A DNA stretch of 64,000 bases from Hemiscyllium ocellatum (Eukaryota): contig NC_083407.1 of NCBI RefSeq assembly GCF_020745735.1, positions 68,315,857-68,379,856 of the forward strand, read 5' to 3'. Positions within the stretch are counted from its first letter, which is position 1; every line of letters starts with the position of its first letter. Both the position numbers and the translations under genes were made by a program. The notes under the pieces were generated by a model. It was not told the DNA's origin and ran no database searches. It saw only the letters and a program-made list of their open reading frames with translations. Positions 23,067-38,414 of the stretch are shown here, one piece after another.

Positions 23067-26000
23067 AGTTATTTGAACTAAACAATTCCGAATTGCGAAA
23101 ATACATGTGTAGGAGTTTCATCGAGATGCTTTAGCAGCTTGAGCGGCCGACTAGCCTGCAAATTCATGCTGCAGATTATCCAATACTGGTCGCGTTTTCC
23201 AAAAGCTTCTACTTATAATTAGAAAACAAAATATAATCGAAAATTATTTTTGATGCTGTTGTTAAATATTGACGATTGTTAAACGTTGGCAAGTATAAAA
23301 ATAGATTACGCTTTTTAATCGGATAAGGCTTTCAATCGAAATTGCTACGTCTGCTACAGAGCTGCTTGTCACTTTATCAGAGAAACGTCAGAATGTCATC
23401 CTACAAATAGTTTTCAACAACCGATGCTATTTTCAATAATTCAGATACCAATTTGAAAATACCAGGCAGAAAGCGCATGCACAAGAGAATTAAGGTCAAC
23501 TGTAAGAAAGAAAGCAGAATAAAAGATTTTTTAAAGATGTTGCGGGAAATACCCAAATTCAGCAAGCGACAATGAGAACTTAATGTTAAACTTCGCTGAG
23601 AATGAAGGACAATTGCTGTGAATCAAAATAACAAATAAATCCCTCTTTTTTTCAAAATAGAAATAGTCTAAACTTTCAATTTTATTAGCTAAATCATATT
23701 TTTATATAAAAATAAATAACTTTGAAAAGCAACAGCTTTTACGGTTGCCATTTTTAAATAAAGTCCGGCATATCAGCGCTTAAATTTACATTAATTGGGT
23801 CCCTGTTTTTGATGTGTTCTGCGTTGTAAGCGACAACGACCAAGTTATATTTCTTGCCCATCACTCACTGCCTCACAAACTGCTTTTGGGTCTTCTACAT
23901 TAGCTATAATGAATTTACAATTGCACTTGTAAAGCGGTTTCAGTTAGAAATTTAACACTCCAAATAGAAATTTTCGAAATTAAATTCATGTTTAATATTA
24001 CCACAAGCACTGGTGACATTGAAGAATGATCAACACAATTTAGCAATAGGAAGCGATTTTGTAAAGTTATGTTACAATTCACAGCTAGCTTCAATCTTTG
24101 AAATCTTCGCATAAGTCCAACAGAACTATTGAATTGCTTTAAGCCGCTGTTTACCAGCTTATTTCTCTTCCCCCTCCCTCCCTCTCTCTCTACCTTGACC
24201 TTGGACTTCATCTACTTCCGGAAAGAACCCCTTTGTCTGCATACCAGTGATGCGACTAACTTGAGACAACGGCGTACTTTTAATTCAGAATCTGCATTTG
24301 GTCGGAGTTCTAAATAAAAGTAGCCACTCGAAATATAACGTTAGCACGATATTTTTTCTTTGTCATTAAAAGTAGAAGTAGTTCAATTGTTATTTGTTTT
24401 CCTGAGAATATCTAGCATCCGCATGTTCCTAAACGCGCTGTGCTCATTCAGCTCATATAGTCGAATACAAAGATAAGCATTGAATTTGCTGCTTTGAAAT
24501 ACTTTTTTCTTTACGCTATCAATTAAAAAGCCGCTCTAACTATTTCATTAAAAACAGACCAATTTAGTTCAACATGTACGGATTCATTAATCTATCCATA
24601 TTAGGGACGCTCGTAGATAGAATTCGACGTGTTTCTATGAAATAACGCCCAATGTCCCTTTGACATGCTCAAAAAAATTAAGACAAGATTGAAAATGTCT
24701 GATTTTAATATAACAGCACTGAACTTTATTCGCGCATAGAATGATGTTTTTTTTAATTATTTAGTGTCGAATACATTCTGATAAGTTTCTCCAAGTGTCA
24801 ATATCGGTAACATATTTCCAAATTCGGGAACTGCAAGCTCGGGAAGGTACCTACAATGAAAGAGTAAGATACTTTTCCACAATATCCGTCAATGCAAATC
24901 AAGTTACAGTATCTACCCACTTTTCATTATCCGTTTAACATTGTAAAATATGACTGCGGTTGTTGTTATCACAGCTAATGGCAGTGTATTACTTATGTCC
25001 AAAAATCTCCCCTAAATGAAATTCTTTCGTTTTAATTGATCGGAAATTGCTATACAATATTTGTAGCATATTAATTACGAGTTGCTTATTCTAAGGTAAG
25101 TTGCAAAATATTGTTTGATGTGTCTCACAAAACGTGGCTTTACCAAATTTGAGAATGCATGTATGGAAAATTAATGTTGATGGTTGAAGAAATACTTTTC
25201 CACATCATAAGTTATTGAAAAAGTAGACCTGACTGATCAAAATATGCCCTGTTTCCTACAGCGGAGATACATCAGCGAATATTTGTTTTTATATCATCAG
25301 GCCCTTTAGTTAATTCAATCATGCATTCGAATTATGCTGGAATTTACCCTCAAAGTCCAAAATCTTCATATTTTGCATAATTAAAGCAGGCATAATGAAA
25401 AGAAAAAGACATTTCCTTTTTGTTGAAGGCGATACCTTTCCAGAAATTAGATTTGTTTGATCTGTAAACGCGAATTCTGCCACAGGTTTGTAGCAATTGA
25501 GAATAATGTAAATTGGTTTATGCGAAATGCAAACTACTGGCAATATGTGATCATCTTATGCTGAAGAGGCAATGGGATAACATGCAATTAGGTTATTGCA
25601 TGGAAATCAGAATGAAGTGTCAGACATCTGCAATCTCCACGGCATGGAATGGAAACACATCAGTTGAAATTGAGGAATATCCTAAATAAGACAGTCTTCA
25701 TTTTAATAGATCGAAAGTCGAAGCGAAAATAAAACATAGATCCGAAATATCTTCCCCGAATTTTCGAAAACTTAGCTAATATAAAATTTAAGGGGAAATC
25801 CGTATACGTCTGACCGTTTTATGAATTGGTGAAACAAGTAATGATTCTTCCAATTTATTTCACAGTTGTGTGTAGAAGAGCGCAAACAGTGCAGTTTACA
25901 ACAACGAATGGTTTATATGTTATCCTGAGCGATACATTTGTTACTAAACAGGTTGACGCCGATTTTATTCGTCACAATATGCAAACATTCAAAAATTTCT

Positions 26001-26499
26001 ACCAGTGTGTTTTTAACACACTGTCAATGTGAAATTGTTACTTTGTAAAAGAAGTCTAAGCTTTATTTGAAGTGGAATTATTCAGAAAAGAATTCAATGG
26101 AATAGAAAAATCTACTCGAAGAGAATATTGTAGGCCGTACGTATGATGTGTTTATCCTACAGACTGTATTGTGCAAGATACCAAGAATATCGAATTCAGT
26201 GAAACACATCGTAAGGGTACTGCCGTGGAAAACACCGTCGCGTTTTCTAACTTCAATATTCAGCGGCTCCTGCAGTCAATTATGTTGAATGAATTGAGGA
26301 AAAATTAAAGTGTTTGAACATTGGGAAAGAAATGCAATGCCAGCTGAAGCTAGCTTCAGTCGCCTCGTGTCACGTGATCAGTGTCGACCTATCAGATTTC
26401 AGTTGGTCAGTGCACACACTAATCAGTGAAAATAAGCACCTCTTCTCACTGCCGAGGCTGCTTCTCTAAAGCAGTACTTAGTTTGCAGTGGGTCGTGAT

Positions 26500-27187
26500 A
26501 TGACAGCTTCTTTTCTTTCAGCCCCTTGGAGGACTGATACAATCAGGTACCTACACAACAGAAATAACACCACTAACTCGGAAATGGAAGGATTGGGAGG
26601 GAACGTCCCTTCTAATCAATGCAGGAATTTTCTGTCTCCCTCTGCATTTGGAGCTCATCATAATTCGTTATCTTCGGGTCCCGCTTACTCCGTCGGAGAT
26701 CGAACGCATTCTGTCATTTCTGAATCTGCCAAGCAGTGCAGTCCCTGCCCAGCTCCCACAAGCCCTCCCAATCCAGCGATAAGTTACGGCTATCATTTTG
26801 GAAGCAGCTACTACAGTTGTCGAAATGTTGGCATTCAGCAAACTGGACTGAAATCCGGTGCCCATGCATCTCTGGCCGGTTATCCAGTGGACAAATACAT
26901 GGACGTTTCGGGTTTGACTAACACGCCTGTCCCCACTGACGAGGTGTCATCCCGGGCAAAAGAATTTGCATTTTATCAGAGCTACCCCAATCCCTACCAA
27001 CGGGTCTCTGGTTATTTGGACGTTCCAGTAGTCCCTACAATAAGCGGGCACGGAGAGCCAAGGCATGAAGCCTTAATTTCCATGGAGGGCTACCAGCCTT
27101 GGACATTTGCTAATGGCTGGAATGGTCAAGTATATTGTCCGAAAGATCAGACACAGACTCCACATTTCTGGAAATCTCCTCTGCCAG
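26500..27187 (+). CDS. hoxd13: Homeobox D13, exon 1 (second in-frame ATG at 26584)
   Basis: Contains the Hox13 motifs [30 protein letters not shown] and [13 protein letters not shown]; phase-1 donor CCA G|gtatta. Confidence 0.95.
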
Positions 27188-27507
27188 GTATTATGAAATG
27201 ATTTTCACCGAAAAGAGTTGCTTTTTTTTTAATGTATAAAATAACTTCAAGTTGGTTTGGTTTAATGCTGTCAGGAATTAACTAGTTGTTTAATTTGCTA
27301 TATTTCAAAAGCTTAATACCTGAAAACACACACTAACCATGGGTTTGAAAAACGTTGATCTGAATTGACCATATGCCTAAAATTATGCTTAAAAGATGAA
27401 AAGATTGCGTGGCAATGCATTTTTTTTCCCAAAAACGCGTTAAACTGGTACTGTTTGAAGTTGATGTTCTTATCAATTACATTTCCACCCCCCACCCCCT
27501 TCCCCAG

Positions 27508-27758
27508 GAGACGTGATGCACAATCAGACTGACATAAACATTTACAGACGAGGGAGGAAGAAAAGGGTTCCTTATACGAAAACTCAGCTCAAAGAACTGG
27601 AGCGAGAATACGCCACAAACAAATTCATAACTAAGGAAAAAAGACGAAGGATATCCACTGCCACCAATCTTACCGAAAGACAAGTCACCATCTGGTTTCA
27701 GAACAGAAGAGTCAAGGAGAAGAAAGTGGTTTCTAAAGTCAAAGAAAATATACCTTGA
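27508..27758 (+). CDS. hoxd13: Homeobox D13, exon 2
   Basis: Acceptor ccccag|GA. Encodes [70 protein letters not shown]. Confidence 0.97.
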
Positions 27759-30227
27759 TACCGCAGTTATCAGGAACCGTGCTGGCGCATTGTGAATTAC
27801 ATGTGATGGTCTTCTCTTCAGAAAAGGAAACGAACTCAGTGTGGAAGACTTTCGAGCCACAGCTTCGGATTTATAAACAAATCGTAAAATAACAATTTCC
27901 ACAAAATGTTGTGCAAAACTTGCTAAAATACTTGATCTGACTTCATCATCACTTTCAAAGAAATAAGGCACTCTTCAGTATGTGAAAAGTCCCACATTCG
28001 CATACTTGTCTTGTGTTACCGTGCTGGATTATTTTCACGAGTGGCATTGCACATACTGTCGCAAATAAATGCTTAGTTCAGTCTTAAGTCATATTTTCGA
28101 GGGTTCAGCTAAATTGCTGATGTTTGCAACACCCAGATAAAATGGCGACTACAACTGATTATACAATCAAACATAAAAATTGACATTAAGTGAAAAGTAT
28201 TTATAACTTTCTTAATGCAAAGCATTTTTATTTAACATTTAGGTTTTCAGTCATGCTTTGCAAGGTGGCTGTGTTGCGAGTGGATTCAAATGCTAACAAT
28301 ATATATTGGCAACGAATCCATTCCGTTGTGAATAATTGAAAATATACTGCTAAGATACCATTTTAAATCTATGCCAGGTAGAAATTGATTATAAATGAGA
28401 TAGTTACAGATTAACTGCGGTACAATCTCGTAAGATATTTTATCATATTAATCGGCAGCGAACTTACAATCATTTTCATAATAAATTATTTAGCTTAGAA
28501 AGAACGTTCTGTTTACTCACTGCAGAAGGTTCTGTAGTAACATGTTGTCCTAAACAAATGCTAGCGTTAATCATAAATTCAATCTCAAACGAAATGCTTG
28601 TCAAAGTTAAGATGTCCTTAAGAGTTATGTTAAAGTATGAAAAACTATGTTTCTGCATATAAGTCTTCTGTTCATTTAAAACTGTTATTTTCGAAAGAAG
28701 TGCTAATATATTTGAAAGCCCCATGGTAGTTTTGAATGCGGTGCCTTTAATTGAAACTTTTACAGCTGTTTCCTAATTACTAACTTGTTGCGCTGTATAC
28801 CTAAATTGTAATCACGTTAACTATATGAGTAACATAGTGGAGAAGTTTGGCATTATTTCTATGTTTTATGTACAATTTTAAGTATTTGCTCATTTTGTCC
28901 ATCATTTCCTTTATGCAGGGCGAGTTAAATATGAACTCGGGAGGTTTTCTTACTTGATTATGCCGTGTAAAATATTAAAACAAATCACACTTTAACTGTC
29001 TTCAAGTTTTATATTTCTTGTAAATGGGTTCAATTTTTTTTACTTTTCATATCGCCATATTTAGATTCAGCTTATCAGCATTTACACAAATGCTTTTCTA
29101 ATTTATACATGTGCCTAAGTCACCTTAGTGCCTCCTTATTTTTTGGGTGAAAATACAAACTCTTAAACACTAATAATTAAAAGAAAGACGGGTATTAAAA
29201 TTAATTATTTTACCTTTTTGAACATATTCCCCAGTATTTGATCGCTGCGTGTAAATTAATAAATTCAAACTACGATATACTATAAAGAACTTGGGACATG
29301 CGCTGTTTCCAGGATGCAGCGCTTTTACACGAAAAAAGGTTCAATTCAAATTTCTGCAGTAAGTCGGTCATGAAATGAGCAAAAGTCTTAATATTATTGG
29401 TACCAATAGAATATTAACGTCGGGTTAGAAAGGTCATGGGTTGATGCCAGTGTCTCATTTTTCCTAGTGTCGGCTAATTCAATATAGGATCGTGCGTATT
29501 CCGCACAAACATCCCAATATTTTCAAAGGTCTGCCGCAAATAAACTGCCTGTTGCAAAGTGCAGTTCGTTATTAGAACGCTCTGTGGAGAGGCACGATAA
29601 AATATAGACCGTCGTGCATTTTTTAAATTATTAAATACATTTAAACGTATAAAACCTAATGGTTTCCTTACGCCTCAAGCTTAAATTAATCATTTGGAAG
29701 GCAACCTTGTAATCGCGCCATAGTTTAAAGCAAATGACTATTGTGCCATCGTTGCCGGCGACGATGCATAAATGAAGCAAAACATGCTGATCTGGGTAAT
29801 GTGTTCGGAATAGAATTAGTGCACTGTGAATTCGTAAGCAAAAGGAAATCATTGCAGAGACGAGGAAGTGAGGAAAGCTATCAGTTCCTATTTTCAACGT
29901 AGAAATATTAAGTGATGAAGTTTAGAATTAAGCTGAGTGCCATTGCTTCAATTTATATGAGCATGAACTTAGTAGGTGATAATGCTCCTGACCCTGCCAT
30001 CTTTATTTACCAGCTGCTAACACTTTCTTTCCAAGTGTATTCCTGTGCATTGCAATAGGTTCTGCCTGTCAGTTTCAGAAGGAAATTGGGAAGAATTATG
30101 ATCTTTTAAGTCACACTAAAATTCCATTTTCTGTCATATTTAATAGGCGCACACTGGCTAATTTTCTTGTATTAAAATTGTCGGAGCCCGATTATATTAA
30201 GGTACATTTTTGGCAGGGCGTTTAGCG

Positions 30228-30380
30228 CCCTGACGTCAAATTTCTATTTACCATTGACCTTGACTATGGTTATAGTCTTTGACCTTGACTTTATTTAGCA
30301 TCATGAAGAATAAGGACTACCCTGATCGCAGAGCTAGTTCGCCATCTGCTGGGCAACCCTCGGTAAAACATGGGTCAACA
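30228..30380. promoter_or_regulatory. Conserved-looking element between hoxd13 and hoxd12 (candidate RXI equivalent)
   Basis: CRE TGACGTCA (30231-30238), two TGACCTTGA (30255 and 30280) and a CTCF-consensus CCAGCAGATGGCG on the minus strand (30340-30352). Confidence 0.6.
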
Positions 30381-33167
30381 TTATCTTTCATGCTGTGGTA
30401 ACGCGGGCTACAAGATGGTCGTTCTTAATCTACGCTGCAAAGCAACATCTAAAATACAAATTAGGTCAATATTTTCTTCCTTTAAGATCTTTTTGAAAGA
30501 TTGAATTAGCAAATTAAACAGCTGTATTTTGCATTTTTTTCAAGAAAATCGACCGTGTAAGTATTTCAATTCAAGATCTGCAAAGTTTGCGATTGCCGGT
30601 GCTCAACTTCTTTATAATCTATAATTTAATAGTTGACAACTTTTAACATTACTGTATTTTATAGAATTTATACATCAAGCTTTAATTCCTATATATTAGT
30701 TTACTTCGCATTCACTTTCCGGAAGCCAAGCGCATCCCGGCTTTGGTTTTATATTGTAAACAAAAGAATATAGGTGAATTAACCTTAATACAAGTTTCTG
30801 TGATATATGCAGCATGCGTGTTATTCAGTTGTAGCTTTGTTCGGTATACACATCTATACGTTACGGTCGAATTTCATAAGCAGCACAGAAATGAAACTCC
30901 TGATCGAATGAGAGTCTTGAGAAAACATCCGGTACAATAAAGCAGCGTTGCTTATGGTAGGTGTAAAGTGAAGATCTTCACTCACTTTCTTTCTCTAGTC
31001 ACAGTCTTTCCAATGAATCCTTCAGTTGTGTCTGACGTGGTGTAAATTTTCAAACTGAGCTGACTTTCAATTCGAAAGCCCATTTCGAAGTAAACGTCAT
31101 TTCTTTTAAAAAATGGCGATTTGATCCTATTCGACATTGACCTTGAACTGAGTCTTTTTTTCAGTTATTGCTCGTTTTTGCAAAAATTGCAAGATGGAGA
31201 CCCGCCTTGGGATAAAGTAGCTTTGTTTGCAATTACATTCGGATTTTAAAATCTTAAGAAGGAATCAGGCTCGGCATGTTTAGGGTTTCGTGGGATCATA
31301 AAAGAGACAGGGGACGAACAGTCGTTTTCCTTTCCGGTGAGGATGTGATGGCGGTATCTGCTTTGATTTTAGTGCACATGATATTTACTGAAAGCTAATT
31401 CGTGTCATATTGCAAATATATGAATTGGAAGACAAAGTAAATTGTTACCCTACGGACCAATAATTACTAATAGTATAAACAAAAAGAAAATAGAATTTCG
31501 CATTTCTGTAGTTGCTACAATGCTAGACATACATCGTATTGTTTCCTTAGCGGCTACGTATGAATTTTACTTATCGATTGTCGAATTTGGCATCAGAATT
31601 GTTTGCAGAATACAATGAGATAGAATAAATATGTTTAGTACTTAATTCCATTTGATTTGCTGTCGATGCACTTTAGCATAATTATTATTTTTAAATGTTA
31701 ATTTGAAATGTTCAATTGATAACAGCAGTATTAATTTTTAATGATTAAAAAATTCCATGGACATAACTGCAGATGCTGCTTAATATTTATTTCTAGGAAT
31801 TCTAACGAGGACAGATATAGAAGAAAAGCGTGGCATTTACTCCAGCAATCTTCATTCAAAATTTTCTTTGACGTGTTCTAAATCGAGGGTTCGCGGTTCA
31901 AACGAAACGAGCAGCGGTCTTAGGAAGCCTCAATTTTGTACAGAAATGTAATATATCAAGGGAGATAATCAATAACCTACTGAATATTACTGAAATGTGC
32001 CAATTGTAAACACGGAGGCGCAACCAAATTTAGCCTCAATATTTCCACTTGCAGAAGCACATGTTAAGCACAATTCACAAGTTAACCTCGACACTATTCG
32101 AAACAAACGTGGAGACAGTATAAGGGGATGTTTTAATTTCCAGTTCATAATGCAAACATACTTTAATACTTGCTGAAATTTTGTCAATAATGTCTTAAAC
32201 AATGGAATCGAATAACATGAATTGGAATATCACCATTGCTTAATTTTACAGTAGACCCAGCGTTCTTGTTCCGTTTTTATAAATGCATTTGTTTTACAAA
32301 AATGCGCATTAATCTTTTTGATGCATTAACAGATCTTTTCGATGTTTCCAACTTGGTTAGGTGCAAAATGTATTTTCTAGACGCCCGGGTAGATAGTTTG
32401 CACAAAATGCCCACGGGGAAAATTTTGAAACACTGTTACCGCGTACCTTCGTATGCGTCGTTACTTTTTTTGTTAAAATATTTAAAATAAGATAAAATAT
32501 GCAGCATGTCTGAAATGAACATAGATACCCTCGCCACAGCGGTTGAAAGAAATATTGAATTATAATGAATACTGAAAGTAATCAAGTTAAAATATGAAAA
32601 GTAGAAGGTATTTTTAATTAACATTTCCTACTTTTCTTCTGCCTACAAATGTTACATACCACCAATTAAAATGTTGCATGTCAGATAATGTCGCACATAA
32701 TCTCATATCAATTTTATCAATAAATGTTAAGTAATTATGAAATGGACTGGAAAGAATCAAGGAACCGTAGAAGCGTATGAAACTTTATTTAAAGCATTTT
32801 ATTTCAAGCTCTATGAATTAAAAAGCCATATTTTAATCCCTTCAGGAGTATGTAGGATCCTAGGATATCTATTGCAACGTATGTCATTATAACAAGTTAA
32901 AGTACTTATTTTCTAAACTGCGAGTGCATCCTGTTGAATTAAGCGAGTTATGTCGGGCTCACTGCCGTAGATTAGGGTGAAGGTGCATATGGACGTGTAC
33001 TTGGACATTTCAGATGTGAGTTGCAGCGGGACGGAGGCGGTTCCAGAAAAAAAAGCTGTTTCCGTTTGTCTTGTGACCGTCAAAGAACCAATCAGCAAGC
33101 GTCTTTCGTTTATCTCTGTCTGGAAGCTAAATAGGGCACAGAGAGGATCTGATCGCGCTGCTCGGAA

Positions 33168-33747
33168 ATGTGCGAGCACAATCTGCTAAATTCAGGCTAT
33201 GTCGGCTCCCTGTTAAATTTTACCAGTCCGGAGCCCTTCTACTTCGCCAATCTGCGTCCGAATGGGACTCAACTGGCAACTCTGTCGCCAGCACTCTCCT
33301 ATACCCGCCGGGAGGTGTGCTCGCTCCCGTGGACTTCGAGTCCATGCGCATCGCCGCCGCAGAGCCGCGCCTTTAGCGGCTACTCTCAGTCCTACCTCAG
33401 CAACTCAGTCTCCATCAGCATCAATAAACATGGATCAGAGAAGGCAGCCGCCGGCGAAGAGCCGAACAAATACTACTTCCAAGACAGCAGCCGCAAACTG
33501 GAAGAGCGATGTAGACACAATCAGTCTTATCCAAGTGATTCCAGCATCCCCTCTTCAGTCAACATCAATGCTGCCAAGTATGAGTACCCAAACGTGGAAA
33601 CATCTCTACATGGCTCGTCATTACATAACCAAGGCTTTGAATTGAATTCCAACTCTCCCACTGTAAATGATGGTATCAAGCAAAGTGTGAGCCTCAGTAT
33701 GTCATTACAGTCACCAGTAACGCCAGTATGCAACAGATCCTCCGATG
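33168..33747 (+). CDS. hoxd12: Homeobox D12, exon 1
   Basis: MCEHNLLNSGYVGSLLNFTSPEPFYFANLRPNG is a HoxD12 N-terminus; phase-1 donor GAT G|gtatag. Confidence 0.96.
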
Positions 33748-34481
33748 GTATAGTATCAATGCAATATTAAAACGATGATCATTTGAAAATTGAATTCTCC
33801 TTCCTTTCCAAAAGAACTACCTGCCACCTTCACGTGAAATTCATGTATTGAGCATCCAGCAGCGGTCCTGGCAACCTTGCTCTTGTTACATTTAGAACAG
33901 CAGGAAAGTAACCCTGTAATTATATAAATGACTTTAACGTGATAATAAAGTACTCTGGAGCTAAAAACAGAGCAGAGATCAATGGATGATGGATCAACTT
34001 GTTTAAAATTAAATTAATCACAACATTTAAAGTACAATTAAATATTTCAGTGTAAATGCTAGCTAGCACTAACATAATGTAATCGTAATTGTGTACAGAA
34101 TTTGTTACATTTTATTATCAACTTTCCATAATGTTTTTATTTTGGAATTTGTAATTGCGATTGAATTACCTACTGAACATTAAGATACTTGAATGCCTAA
34201 TATGAAGAATGTATCTGGGTCTTTGATCTGATCATAGAAAGGTTTACCACGCGTCTGTCGTTATTTCTAAAGAACAGGTATCACAAAAAGTCGAAATGTT
34301 TGTATTGTTTTGTCGAATTTTGAGCAACATTTCTGTAAACGGCATCAAATGAATCTTGCAACGTTAAAAAAAACTATCGCCTGAGATAATGTAATATACT
34401 GAAAAATGAAAACGCTTTGGAATGAAAGCTGGTGAAATGTTTCCATGGCTTCAACTTGTTTCTCTCTGTTTCCATCTGCAG

Positions 34482-34720
34482 GGCTGCCCTGGTGTCCAAC
34501 CCAAGTGAGGTCAAGACGGAAACGTAAACCGTACACAAAACAGCAAATAGCTGAACTTGAAAATGAATTTCTGGCGAACGAGTTCATCAATCGACAGAAG
34601 AGGAAGGAATTGTCCGATAGACTGAATCTGAGCGACCAACAAGTAAAAATCTGGTTTCAAAACCGGCGTATGAAAAAGAAAAGGCTTGTAATGCGCGAAC
34701 AAACACTCTCACTCTTTTAG
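34482..34720 (+). CDS. hoxd12: Homeobox D12, exon 2
   Basis: Acceptor ctgcag|GG. Encodes [70 protein letters not shown] 819 nt (272 aa). Confidence 0.97.
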
Positions 34721-37700
34721 GCCAAAGTAAAGTTCATGTGTGAGTTTCAAGGTCGCGAATTGAACTTTTAATGCTAACTAAGCTTGCTTACAGAAAGCAT
34801 ATAGATCAAGAATATCCATTGTTTTAATGGATAGGTGCTCCTTTGACGTGCTGTCATATAAAACAGCAATCTTTCATTACATTGCCACTGCCACTAGTCC
34901 AGGGCGTGTTGGTTTAGTTAAACATCAGCAACATACAGGGACTGAGATGCAAACTACGAATACCTCGTGAACATTTGCCATGGCAGGAAATTATCGTAAG
35001 GCACAAATTTGACTTGTTGTGGTCTGTACTTTGCTGTTCATGGATAACGTGCCGGCCTCTTCTCATCGTCATTTTAGTTTCAAAGACATTTGTCATTGTT
35101 TTGATTCCTCCATTTGTTTAAATTTTCACATGACTCCGTTCGAGTAAAAAGCAGATATTCTGCATTTGAGAATGTAAGTACAACAGGTCATTAGAATGGA
35201 ACGTTGGAATATAAATCTTAAATATGTAACTATTATGCATGCACTCTACCTATGTACATTTAGTTCTAATAAAATGAACAAGAAACATTTTTATCATTTG
35301 TATATACAGTTCATGTTTTGTAATCTTACTGTGAAGCTGGAGCTGGACAGTGGGTTAATTCTATTCTGATAAATACGCATACCAATAGGAGTGTCTCGTT
35401 TGATTTTCGAAAACTGTATTTCCACACGAGGCGATAACAGTGTGCGATGAATTTAATTAAATGAATCGAAATGTGCTGGTATTATTGATATTTTGTGATT
35501 GACCAATATCTTGGCGCCGAGTTGTTTTCAAAGCTCCAGCGACTTCGGTTTCATAATCCGAAGTTATTCTGCTGATATTGCACATGAATCATGTCCATAA
35601 AATAACATAAATGATCAACTGCGCCAGAAATGACAAATGATAAATGAAAACACACGGGTGCGGAAACTGTTATGAAATTGTACTTTTCTTGAGTTCTTTA
35701 AAGGATCATATTGAACAAAATAAAAATAAAGAAACACACCTTACATTTTTTCTGCGATTGATTTATTGGAGTGCATTCATTCCAGTAACACGTTAATTCG
35801 CCACTTAATTTGCGAATAATTCTAATATTTATATACTAGCGGTGAACGCATCGATACACACCGTGCTTCGCTTAGAGCATTGGAAATTTAAATTACCATT
35901 TAGAAATATTTCAGAGGATGTAGTTTTGTAAGCAATAGCTATAAACGGTCGCATCATTATTCAAATAATGTTGTCTTAATATCGCGTACCCAACCACTGT
36001 TTGTCAATTTTTTATAAGAGATATGCAAACTAGCAGTTTGCCGATCTAATTGGAATTTAGCTGTATAAAATCTCGAGTAACTGGAAATTCCAAGCTTGGA
36101 GAACAACAACATTTAAGGAGATTATACCTACACGAACTAAGACATTATGTGCTTTAGGTTATGTTCTGGTATTAAAGCAAGGCCGCCGCAACAATAGAAA
36201 GCACACAGTGCAGAGACATCCTGGGGATAGCTATTTTCATTCAGCTGAAGTTTGATTTTGCAACGCGTTATTTATCGCTAGCTTCAGCCCGGTTACTATT
36301 TTCACTTAGGGCTCACGTCTATTTTAATCGACAAGATATGTGCCCCGCCAGCTAAGGCGTTTCTATCAGTTTATAATAATTCAAATTCTTCATCGCCAGA
36401 GTGCAAAAGGTTTAAGGCAGGCTTTCACAAACGGATATGAAATTAAATAATCTCTTTGCTGTATTTGAATATGATTCCATACGGGTGCAGGGCGCCATGC
36501 ATCTGTTTCATTTAAAACGAGAATACGACTTCTTTCCTGTCACACAGGTTGACTACGATTCAAATTGCGCTTTTTTTTATCATGGAACAGTTAGAAACTT
36601 TGGCAATAGTGTTTGATTTTTCGAAAACGGAATCAAGGGCTATCAACCCCTTTCCATAAATATTATTACAACGTTCCTTTCATGACAAAGCCATGCTCGG
36701 GTCCTCCTAAGTTAATTTCATTTCTTATTTGACGGTTTCAAGTACGGTGAATGTTTAATTAATTTAAAAATCTTAAATTGCGTTTTGATATGAATATGTT
36801 CGTTTGTTAAAATGTAGTTTGATGGAGATGCACTTTACATTTGAGCTCGGCAGCAAGAGAAGATGTGACCGACAATGAATGAGTTGCAGTCATTTCGCGT
36901 CTCATTCGAGCAACTCAGGACGTGGGTGGGCAGGAACAGCCATTATTTCTAACCCCGCCATTTCTCTGGACTCCTATTAATTAAACATGCACTGTGCGAT
37001 TTCATGAACCTCTTAAGACATTTTATTGAAATATATCAATGCAAATAAACGTTCTCTGCTAAAATGTGGCTAGCTGTTCAATTCTAGACGTATTACCAAG
37101 TACCTGCTTAGAATTAATCAGCAAAGTTTCATGGCCTTAAATATAACAGTTCATAACATCGGCCATTAGAATTTGGGCGATGTTATGAAATTTAGAGACT
37201 TTTTCCAGGCAAGTTATTATGATGCGCTACAACAATACGCACGTACCTTAATTATTGAGTAACATTAATTTGATTTGATTTTGAATTTCAATTATTTGCT
37301 AGTTTGAAAGCAACATTTCATCTCCCTTGTCTCTGGGCGTTGTGTTTGTTTCAAGTCAATGAAATGCATGTAAAGACGTGCAACCAGATGCTTTGAACTA
37401 TCATTTTTGCATAGTTAGAATTATGGTAACAGGGAGAAATATTACTATGATTGTCGAACCGTTTTACATTTCAAAAAGGCAGGTGCGACGTGAAAACCTT
37501 GAAACCAGATAACATTGAAGTGAATGAGCTTCCATTACAATTGGATGTAAATATGGATTGCAATGATCAAAGGTTCGTTTCAATCGGCTTGTAAACTTTT
37601 ACATGAGATTGCATGAATCTTTAGCAAAAATGTAAGGAAAAAACGATTGCATGAAGAAGTTTTCAATTTTAGAGAGTTGGATAGAATTAAAGTAAATGTG

Positions 37701-38414
37701 TACTTCCAGCCCATTGAATTTGGGAAACTTGTGGAGGCACTGCGATCTAATAAAACACTGCGTAGCTCTGCAGTATGGGCTAGTAAGTCTGAAGGAGCTT
37801 CTACCAAACACGGGTAGGACACCCGCAAGCTCCACGTTAAAAACAATAATGCGAATCAAAGGCAGTCATCAATTCGTCTGAAGTCAAGAATGCCCGCCCA
37901 TTCTTGAGAAGGTCTAATGCATTTTTTTTGGACATTTGTCAATATGTAAGTTTTATTTCAAAATCTATAATGCCATGCACCCGTTAATATTGAAATTTTA
38001 GCGTTATCAACTCGATTACATTTCTAACTCAGTTGTGAACTTAGAATATCCTGATAGTCCAGCGTTTCGGCATTGTCAGTTGCCTTTCAAATTGAATAAG
38101 AAACGCACCAAGTTCAGAATCACTCTGTTCTTCCAACGGCTGCTGGTTTATTTTCGGATGATGAAATCTGAGCCTGGTACTCAATTTCTGTTTTTTTACC
38201 CCTTACAAATTTTACGGCGAGTGCAAATAAATGTGGCACATCATTCCAGACAGATATTTACATTAATTTGTTTGATAATTGCGAGTAAAAGTAATCACTC
38301 CAAAATTAAAATGTACGACTGTAACAAAGCGATCGTGTCCGCAGGAGTATGAGCCAGTGCTTTGGAAATTCGTCCGACATAACGTTGAAATCGTTCAGAA
38401 TCTCTTTTTCATCT

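Noticed and set aside
27477-27971. 164-aa antisense ORF over hoxd13 exon 2
   Set aside because: Shadow of the homeobox reading frame; no independent coding evidence.
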